A stretch of 64,000 nucleotides of DNA, taken from Eimeria praecox. Its lineage: Eukaryota. Shown piece after piece: positions 55,401 to 64,000 of the stretch. How positions within the stretch are numbered: position 1 is the stretch's first letter; each line of letters opens with the position of its first letter. The notes under the pieces are model-generated. The model did not search any database and was not told the DNA's origin. It saw nothing but the letters and a program-made list of their open reading frames with translations. A program made the position numbers and the translations under genes. The DNA lies in contig OY986948.1 of the NCBI GenBank assembly GCA_963920595.1, forward strand, positions 2,480,001-2,544,000, in the 5' to 3' direction.

Positions 55401-58400
55401 CCTCCAAAGCTGCGCCGCAAAGCCTATCACCTTCAACTGTTTTCATATGATGCTGCAGAACAACATACCTCCTGAAGGGCCAAGCAGAATTACCATGATG
55501 ACCGTTGCACACACTCTTGCAGATGAGGCGAACAGATCCCTCCTCACTCAGCGGCTCAGCATCACTGCAATATCACCGCACCTATCAGAACTGAATCGTC
55601 ACCTCACTTCTGCAAGCAGAGCATCTACACGAAAAGGACGCTGTTCAAACATCGCACTGCGACCCTTCACCGGCAGAGCAGCGTACCTGCAACTGAGTGG
55701 TGGGCGAACAACGGCATCGTCGATGATTTGAAACCCCCGCTCTCTGCCATATATGCGCAGGGGCGCTAGATCAGCATTAGTGGCGCCTGCAGCCCAATAT
55801 ATCATCGACCAGTCAGAGATGCATGCAAAATAGGGGTACGTAGCAACGCTCGGAAGAAAAGAAAACCCATTGTGACAGGCTACGCCCTGCCAGATTTTCC
55901 TTAGACCCTAACTCCTCCAAAGCTGCGCCGCAAAGCCTATCACCTTCAACTATTTTCATATGATGCTGCAGAACAACATACCTCCTGAAGGGCCAAGCAG
56001 AATTACCATGATGACCGTTGCACACACTCTTGCAGATGAGGCGAACAGATCCCTCCTCACTCAGCGGCTCAGCATCACTGCAATATCACCGCACCTATCA
56101 GAACTGAATCGTCACCTCACTTCTGCAAGCAGAGCATCTACACGAAAAGGACGCTGTTCAAACATCGCACTGCGACCCTTCACCGGCAGAGCAGCGTACC
56201 TGCAACTGAGTGGTGGGCGAACAACGGCATCGTCGATGATTTGAAACCCCCGCTCTCTGCCATATATGCGCAGGGGCGCTAGATCAGCATTAGTGGCGCC
56301 TGCAGCCCAATATATCATCGACCAGTCAGAGATGCATGCAAAATAGGGGTACGTAGCAACGCTCGGAAGAAAAGAAAACCCATTGTGACAGGCTACGCCC
56401 TGCCAGATTTTCCTTAGACCCTAACTCCTCCAAAGCTGCGCCGCAAGGCCTATCACCTTCAACTATTTTCATATGATGCTGCAGAACAACATACATCCTG
56501 AAGCGCCGAGCAGAATTACCATGATGACCGTTGCACACACTCTTGCAGATGAGGCGAACAGATCCCTCCTCACTCAGCGGCTCAGCATCACTGCAATATC
56601 ACCGCACCTATCAGAACTGAATCGTCACCTCACTTCTGCAAGCAGAGCATCTACACGAAAAGGACGCTGTTCAAACATCGCACTGCGACCCTTCACCGGC
56701 AGAGCAGCGTACCTGCAACTGAGTGGTGAGCGAACAACGGCATCGTCGATGATTTGAAACCCCCGCTCTCTGCCATATATGCGCAGGGGCGCTAGATCAG
56801 CATTAGTGGCGCCTGCAGCCCAATATATCATCGACCAGTCAGAGATGCATGCAAAATAGGGGTACGTAGCAACGCTCGGAAGAAAAGAAAACCCATTGTG
56901 ACAGGCTACGCCCTGCCAGATTTTCCTTAGACCCTAACTCCTCCAAAGCTGCGCCGCAAAGCCTATCACCTTCAACTATTTTCATATGATGCTGCAGAAC
57001 AACATACCTCCTGAAGGGCCAAGCAGAATTACCATGATGACCGTTGCACACACTCTTGCAGATGAGGCGAACAGATCCCTCCTCACTCAGCGGCTCAGCA
57101 TCACTGCAATATCACCGCACCTATCAGAACTGAATCGTCACCTCACTTCTGCAAGCAGAGCATCTACACGAAAAGGACGCTGTTCAAACATCGCACTGCG
57201 ACCCTTCACCGGCAGAGCAGCGTACCTGCAACTGAGTGGTGGGCGAACAACGGCATCGTCGATGATTTGAAACCCCCGCTCTCTGCCATATATGCGCAGG
57301 GGCGCTAGATCAGCATTAGTGGCGCCTGCAGCCCAATATATCATCGACCAGTCAGAGATGCATGCAAAATAGGGGTACGTAGCAACGCTCGGAAGAAAAG
57401 AAAACCCATTGTGACAGGCTACGCCCTGCCAGATTTTCCTTAGACCCTAACTCCTCCAAAGCTGCGCCGCAAAGCCTATCACCTTCAATTATTTTCATAT
57501 GATGCTGCAGAACAACATACCTCCTGAAGGGCCAAGCAGAATTACCATGATGACCGTTGCACACACTCTTGCAGATGAGGCGAACAGATCCCTCCTCACT
57601 CAGCGGCTCAGCATCACTGCAATATCACCGCACCTATCAGAACTGAATCGTCACCTCACTTCTGCAAGCAGAGCATCTACACGAAAAGGACGCTGTTCAA
57701 ACATCGAACTGCGACCCTTCACCGGCAGAGCAGCGTACCTGCAACTGAGTGGTGGGCGAACAACGGCATCGTCGATGATTTGAAACCCCCGCTCTCTGCC
57801 ATATATGCGCAGGGGCGCTAGATCAGCATTAGTGGCGCCTGCAGCCCAATATATCATCGACCAGTCAGAGATGCATGCAAAATAGGGGTACGTAGCAACG
57901 CTCGGAAGAAAAGAAAACCCATTGTGACAGGCTACGCCCTGCCAGATTTTCCTTAGACCCTAACTCCTCCAAAGCTGCGCCGCAAAGCCTATCACCTTCA
58001 ACTATTTTCATATGATGCTGCAAAACAACATACATCCTGAAGCGCCGAGCAGAATTACCATGATGACCGTTGCACACACTCTTGCAGATGAGGCGAACAG
58101 ATCCCTCCTCACTCAGCGGCTCAGCATCACTGCAATATCACCGCACCTATCAGAACTGAATCGTCACCTCACTTCTGCAAGCAGAGCATCTACACGAAAA
58201 GGACGCTGTTCAAACATCGCACTGCGACCCTTCACCGGCAGAGCAGCGTACCTGCAACTGAGTGGTGGGCGAAGAACGGCATCGTCGATGATTTGAAACC
58301 CCCGCTCTCTGCCATATATGCGCAGGGGCGCTAGATCAGCATTAGTGGCGCCTGCAGCCCAATATATCATCGACCAGTCAGAGATGCATGCAAAATAGGG

Positions 58401-61202
58401 GTACGTAGCAACGCTCGGAAGAAAAGAAAACCCATTGTGACAGGCTACGCCCTGCCAGATTTTCCTTAGACCCTAACTCCTCCAAAGCTGCGCCGCAAGG
58501 CCTATCACCTTCAACTATTTTCATATGATGCTGCAGAACAACATACCTCCTGAAGCGCCGAGCAGAATTACCATGATGACCGTTGCACACACTCTTGCAG
58601 ATGAGGCGAACAGATCCCTCCTCACTCAGCGGCTCAGCATCACTGCAATATCACCGCACCTATCAGAACTGAATCGTCACCTCACTTCTGCAAGCAGAGC
58701 ATCTACACGAAAAGGACGCTGTTCAAACATCGCACTGCGACCCTTCACCGGCAGAGCAGCGTACCTGCAACTGAGTGGTGAGCGAACAACGGCATCGTCG
58801 ATGATTTGAAACCCCCGCTCTCTGCCATATATGCGCAGGGGCGCTAGATCAGCATTAGTGGCGCCTGCAGCCCAATATATCATCGACCAGTCAGAGATGC
58901 ATGCAAAATAGGGGTACGTAGCAACGCTCTGAAGAAAAGAAAACCCATTGTGACAGGCTACGCCCTGCCAGATTTTCCTTAGACCCTAACTCCTCCAAAG
59001 CTGCGCCGCAAAGCCTATCACCTTCAACTATTTTCATATGATGCTGCAAAACGACATACATCCTGAAGCGCCGAGCAGAATTACCATGATGACCGTTGCA
59101 CACACTCTTGCAGATGAGGCGAACAGATCCCTCCTCACTCAGCGGCTCAGCATCACTGCAATATCACCGCACCTATCAGAACTGAATCGTCACCTCACTT
59201 CTGCAAGCAGAGCATCTACACGAAAAGGACGCTGTTAAAACATTGCACTGCGACCCTTCACCGACAGAGCAGCGTACCTGCAACTGAGTGGTGAGCAAAC
59301 AACGGCATCGTCGATGATTTGAAACCCCCGCTCTCTGCCATATATGCGCAGGGGCGCTAGATCAGCATTAGTGGCGCCTGCAGCCCAATATATCATCGTC
59401 CAGTCAGAGATGCATGCAAAATAGGGGTACGTAGCAACGCTCGGAAGAAAAGAAAACCCATTGTGACAGGCTACGCCCTGCCAGATTTTCCTTAGACCCT
59501 AACTCCTCCAAAGCTGCGCCGCAAAGCCTATCACCTTCAACTATTTTCATATGATGCTGCAAAACAACATACATCCTGAAGCGCCGAGCAGAATTACCAT
59601 GATGACCGTTGCACAGACTCTTGCAGATGAGGCGAACAGATCCCTCCTCACTCAGCGGCTCAGCATCACTGCAATATCACCGCACCTATCAGAACTGAAT
59701 CGTCACCTCACTTCTGCAAGCAGAGCATCTACACGAAAAGGACGCTGTTCAAACATCGCACTGCGACCCTTCACCGGCAGAGCAGCGTACCTGCAACTGA
59801 GTGGTGGGCGAAGAACGGCATCGTCGATGATTTGAAACCCCCGCTCTCTGCCATATATGCGCAGGGGCGCTAGATCAGCATTAGTGGCGCCTGCAGCCCA
59901 ATATATCATCGACCAGTCAGAGATGCATGCAAAATAGGGGTACGTAGCAACGCTCGGAAGAAAAGAAAACATATTGTAACAGGCTATGCCCTGCAGACCC
60001 TAACTCCTCCAAAGCTGCGCCGCAAAGCCTATCACCTTCAACTATTTTCATATGATGCTGCAGAACAACATACATCCTGAAGGGCCAAGCAGAATTACCA
60101 TGATGACCGTTGCACACACTCTTGCAGATGAGGCGAACAGATCCCTCCTCACTCAGCGGCTCAGCATCACTGCAATATCACCGCACCTATCAGAACTGAA
60201 TCGTCACCTCACTTCTGCAAGCAGAGCATCTACACGAAAAGGACGCTGTTCAAACATCGCACTGCGACCCTTCACCGGCAGAGCAGCGTACCTGCAACTG
60301 AGTGGTGAGCGAACAACGGCATCGTCGATGATTTGAAACCCCCGCTCTCTGCCATATATGCGCAGGGGCGCTAGATCAGCATTAGTGGCGCCTGCAGCCC
60401 AATATATCATCGACCAGTCAGAGATGCATGCAAAATAGGGGTACGTAGCAACGCTCGGAACATATGAAAACCCATTGTGAGAGGCTATGCCCTGCCAGAT
60501 TTTCCTTAAACCCTAACTCCTCCAAAGCTGCGCCGCAAAGCCTATCACCTTCAACTGTTTTCATATGATGCTGCAGAACAACATACCTCCTGAAGGGCCA
60601 AGCAGAATTACCATGATGACCGTTGCACACACTCTTGCAGATGAGGCGAACAGATCCCTCCTCACTCAGCGGCTCAGCATCACTGCAATATCACCGCACC
60701 TATCAGAACTGAATCGTCACCTCACTTCTGCAAGCAGAGCATCTACACGAAAAGGACGCTGTTCAAACATCGCACTGCGACCCTTCACCGGCAGAGCAGC
60801 GTACCTGCAACTGAGTGGTGAGCGAACAACGGCATCGTCGATGATTTGAAACCCCCGCTCTCTGCCATATATGCGCAGGGGCGCTAGATCAGCATTAGTG
60901 GCGCCTGCAGCCCAATATATCATCGTCCAGTCAGAGATGCATGCAAAATAGGGGTACGTAGCAACGCTCGGAAGAAAAGAAAACCTACTGCGACAGGCTA
61001 TGCCCTGCTAGATTTTCCTCAGACCCTAACTCCTCCAAAGCTGCGCCGTAAAGCCTATCACCTTCAACTGTTTTCATATCATGCTGCAAAACAACATACC
61101 TCCTGAAGGGCCAAGCAGAATTACCATGATGACCGTTGCACAGACTCTTGCAGATGAGGCGAACAGATCCCTCCTCACTCAGCGGCTCAGCATCACTGCA
61201 AT
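37475..61202. repeat. 513-bp satellite array, about 46 monomers (47 A segments, the last truncated), ~23.7 kb
   Basis: The anchor ATG recurs every 513 bp from 37492 to 59551, then after 501 bp (12-bp deletion at 59994/59995), then every 513 bp to ~61078. Similarity ends at ...catcactgcaat (61202). Confidence 0.99.
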
Positions 61203-61885
61203 GTAACTGCCAAAGGATGCAATTGACTAGTGCCACTCTGCCCAAATGCAGCATCCCACGATTCAATAGTAGTGCTTCCCCGTCACGATTACAAATATTT
61301 TGGCATCATGTTCACCAGGCACAACGCGAAACTTAGAACATGCCACATAAGCGCTGCTAAGGGGTTCGGTTTGGTGCACAGAGAGAGGGTAAATGCCATA
61401 GTTACCATGAGGAACCCATGCTTCCGTGAAACCAAGCCCTAGGATGAACGTCCATGAACACACGTTGCATGCATACCACCAATACTTAACAAATGAGCAG
61501 CCAGCCTTTTCGATGTCTGCGTTCACTGTGAAGCCACATGCGGTCCCAACTCGGATCGAGGGTGCTGCATCCAGTAAACAGTGAAACAACTTTCACAGTC
61601 GGCAAGAACCAAAACACGGCGTGGTGAAGCAGGAGCCACAATACTTCTTCCCTCTGTTTAGCATCCCTTTTTGGAGCCTCTTCAAAACGTTTGGTAAGGA
61701 ATAAGTGCTCTCAACAATTCATGTTAGCCTGTTGCACAGCCGCAGTCCTTTCCCCGGTGGAGGCTGCTGAAGTTCATAAATATTCATGTCCCAACCCTCT
61801 CCCGTTTTCTTTCTCAGTGCGATGGGCTTTCGTTCTAACAAACCATTTGAAGGCACGGCAATATATATAGCTGCTGCACTTGGGT

Positions 61886-62260
61886 TCAATGAGCTGCTGC
61901 CAACGCTGATCGTAGCGCTGGAGGGTTCTGCAAAGCGCAGATGAGCAATCTGCTCATCTCAATACGTACAGAAGCGAAGACTGCATCTTGTCTTTGCTTT
62001 TTTTTGGACTTCAACATCCTGAAGTAGCGGTAAAGTGCGTATGCTGTGACAGCGGAAACAATCAGGAAGGAGACCCTCATGACAGACCTGCCATCCCGTT
62101 CCTTCGTGGTCCAATCTAATGAGCTGTAGCTCTCAGAAGGAGCCGCTTCCTGTTGTTCGACATAGGAACTTGAAGGTGAAGATATCTCAGGTTCAAGGGC
62201 TTTGCTGACCGCCGTAACGAACGCCAGACTGGCGAGGATGAGTCGAGTGAAACGACGCAT
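61886..62260 (-). CDS. Small secretory-pathway single-pass membrane protein, hypothetical (124 aa unspliced; 110 aa if the 42-nt intron is removed)
   Basis: ATG at 62260 starts MRRFTRLILASLAFVTAVSKA (basic n-region, hydrophobic core, small-residue cleavage site). It is followed by a Ser/Glu-rich segment, hydrophobic VSFLIVSAVTAYALYRYF and basic RMLKSKKKQRQ. The ORF track's upstream start (62305) is a non-ATG codon. Confidence 0.75.
   Translation of the reverse strand: MRRFTRLILASLAFVTAVSKALEPEISSPSSSYVEQQEAAPSESYSSLDWTTKERDGRSVMRVSFLIVSAVTAYALYRYFRMLKSKKKQRQDAVFASVRIEMSRLLICALQNPPALRSALAAAH
61928..61969 (-). other. Possible 42-nt in-frame GT-AG intron
   Basis: Minus strand reads gtacgt...gcgctttgcag, with good donor and acceptor matches, phase 0 and no stop codon. 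Confidence 0.45.
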
Positions 62261-62531
62261 TCCGTCTATTAAAATAAGCAGGGGTTCACAGCACACAAAT
62301 TGCAAATAACTGAAATTTATTACTTCAAGACATTTGAACAGATAAGTCCATTATCGTAAGGCTGCTTAAACAGGGTGCGTCGATGTTGGTTCAGTCCTAC
62401 ACTGCTCCGTTACCACTAAGGAGCCGTCCTCCAGCATGGCTTGTCTACTGGCCTTGAGCGTACTTTTACTTTTATAAAGACTGGCTAATGAGAGATAAAT
62501 AAACGTTGAACAAGTGTCTACCGTTTTTGCG

Positions 62532-62539
62532 TGCATGCA
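62532..62539. promoter_or_regulatory. TGCATGCA palindrome (known apicomplexan ApiAP2-type motif) ~270 bp upstream of the membrane-protein ORF
   Basis: Exact octamer; also at 61466-61473 and in segment B of most repeat units (e.g. 4119-4126, 30526-30533). Function here is inferred only. Confidence 0.3.
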
Positions 62540-62974
62540 GCTGAAAGGTTCCTTATACCGTTGTCGTGATTGTATCATAGTCTTTGCGATCGTCTCGTGT
62601 TCTGTGTGAGTTTGTGGTATTCTTCTCTACTTCCTTGTAGGGATTGGAGTCCAGCTATGTATAGCAATTCCCTAACTGTCTACAGATAGCCTAAAACTAT
62701 AATATAGTGTTAGCGCATGCAGCAAGCAGCAGATTGGTTGTGCTTGTACTTGGTGTTGGTGTTGCACGGTTAGTACAGCAAGATACATTGAAGCATCTAT
62801 GAGAGGCTAGCCCATCTCCCCACCAGCCCCATACCTATAGGGAGATTAGCTCTGAGCGTCAGATGGCTGAGAGGGCGGCTGTCTGCTGTTTTAGGGAAAC
62901 TATTTCCTTGGGGCTTTGACTCTACGGTATCTCGCGATGCTCCTCAATCTTAACAAATATTGAGGACTCACGCT

Positions 62975-63170
62975 AATAAAACAGGGAAATCGAGGCAGTC
63001 ATAGAAACGAAACCCGAAAAAACAAAAGACAGAACAGCGCAAACAAATAAGAATAATGAAAGAACGCCCAATGTAGACAAGCAAAAACAGACACAAAAAC
63101 ACGAACGAAGCAGTACAAACAAAGAGAAACAACGCGAGAAACAAACAAATAAGCAAAACAAAGCAACGGC
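62975..63170. repeat. A-rich (AAAC/GAAA) low-complexity tract
   Basis: Very few T residues on the + strand, e.g. aaagagaaacaacgcgagaaacaaacaaataagcaaaacaaagc. Confidence 0.85.
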
Positions 63171-63240
63171 GAAGCACCCTCAAGTGCCGTATATGTTCAT
63201 ACAGCTATGACTAATAATGAAGAGATAACAAAAATAACGA

Positions 63241-64000
63241 CTTTTCTGGCAAGTTTGTCTTTGCCCGTTCATTTTATTCTTTGTCTCTGTTTCCTTCTCC
63301 GACTCTGCTTGTGTTTCTGTTTATTTGTTCTTCTTTGTCTCTGTATCTCCCTTTGTCTCCTCTGTCTGTTTCTGTCTCTCTTTGTTTCTGTCCCTGCCTT
63401 CCTATTCGTCCTTTCTTGGTCTCTGTCTCTACTTTTTTGTGTCTCCTGTCTCCTTGTTTGTCCTCCTTTGTTTCTGTCTTAGTCTGCTTCTCTCTCTTCT
63501 CTTTCGTTTTGCCTCTGTCTCTCCGTCGTCGTCTCCGTCTCTGTCTCCCCTTTAACTGCTCTTTTTCTCTTCGTTTCTATTTCTCTTTTCCTCCCCTTCT
63601 TTGCTTGCTTTTTGTCTCTCCTCTTCCATTTTCCCCCCCCCTCCCGTAGTTGCTTCTCTATTTGCTCCTATTTCCTTTTCCATCTCTCTCTTCGCGTTGC
63701 TCTTCGTCTCTTTCTGTCTCTGTCTCATTCTTTGTGTCCCTGGCTGTTTCTCGCGCGCTCTGTATCGTTTTCTCCCTGTATCTCTGTGTCTCTGTCCCTG
63801 TCTCCGTTTCTCTCTGTTTGTGTCACTGCCCTTCCCTGTGCCTTCCTGTCTCTGTCTGTTTCTCTCTGTCTCTGTCCCTCTCCGTCCTTATCTGCCTGTC
63901 TCTGTCCGCCTCTGTCTCTCTCTGCCTCTGTTTCTCTGTGCCTCCCGCTGTCTGCGTGTGTACCTCTCGCTGTCCCTCTCGGTCTCTCTCTATCTGCCCC
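63241..64000. repeat. Pyrimidine-rich (TCTCTG/TGTCTC-like) low-complexity tract, open at the right window edge
   Basis: Almost A-free + strand with degenerate tctctg/tgtctc repeats. Confidence 0.93.

Noticed and set aside
194..60923. Hundreds of 60-175 aa ORFs (MMLQNNI..., MIYWAAG..., MCNGHHG..., etc.)
   Set aside because: They recur only because the DNA repeats. Copies gain and lose stops and frameshifts freely (66/83/94 aa versions), they overlap on both strands, and I recognise no domain.
37475..61202. CRISPR array or repeat-spacer system
   Set aside because: Monomers are near-identical over their full length with no unique spacers, and there are no cas-like ORFs.
37475..61202. 5S rRNA, spliced-leader, snRNA or tRNA tandem gene array; Toxoplasma 529-bp repeat
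   Set aside because: I see no recognisable 5S, U-snRNA, SL or tRNA sequence, and no match to the 529-bp element as I recall it. An Infernal/BLAST search would settle this.
62968..63649. Leu/Phe/Ser/Cys-rich ORFs that look like membrane proteins
   Set aside because: They are artefacts of A-poor low-complexity DNA that lacks stop codons; several frames are open at once.

Overview
Eukaryotic genomic DNA; about 95% of the window is tandem repeat. A coccidian apicomplexan (Eimeria/Cyclospora/Toxoplasma-like) source is only my inference, from TGCATGCA octamers, TGTCTC-type pyrimidine tracts and a short signal-peptide/transmembrane ORF. (1) 1-37474: head-to-tail array of a ~5.2-kb unit. Anchor ATGs at 194, 5374, 10593, 15786, 20911, 26096, 30153, 30666, 35850 and 37492 give periods of 5180, 5219, 5193, 5125, 5185, 4057, 513, 5184 and 1642 bp. 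I cannot recognise any intact gene in it. (2) 37475-61202: a highly homogeneous array of about 46 copies of a 513-bp monomer. The monomer is an exact fusion of two non-adjacent pieces of the 5.2-kb unit: segment A (373 bp, = 177-554) and segment B (140 bp, = 4102-4228). Hybrid units, allele-switch points and a 10-monomer (5130-bp) higher-order period are readable directly in the sequence, so the window looks like a record of a satellite arising from, and exchanging sequence with, its parent macrosatellite. (3) 61203-64000: unique DNA with one credible minus-strand gene (small signal-peptide plus single-transmembrane protein, 61886-62260), then an A-rich tract and a CT-rich low-complexity tract. 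Nearly all ORFs in the supplied track are repeat-derived and are not called as genes. I found no rRNA, tRNA, CRISPR array or transposase.
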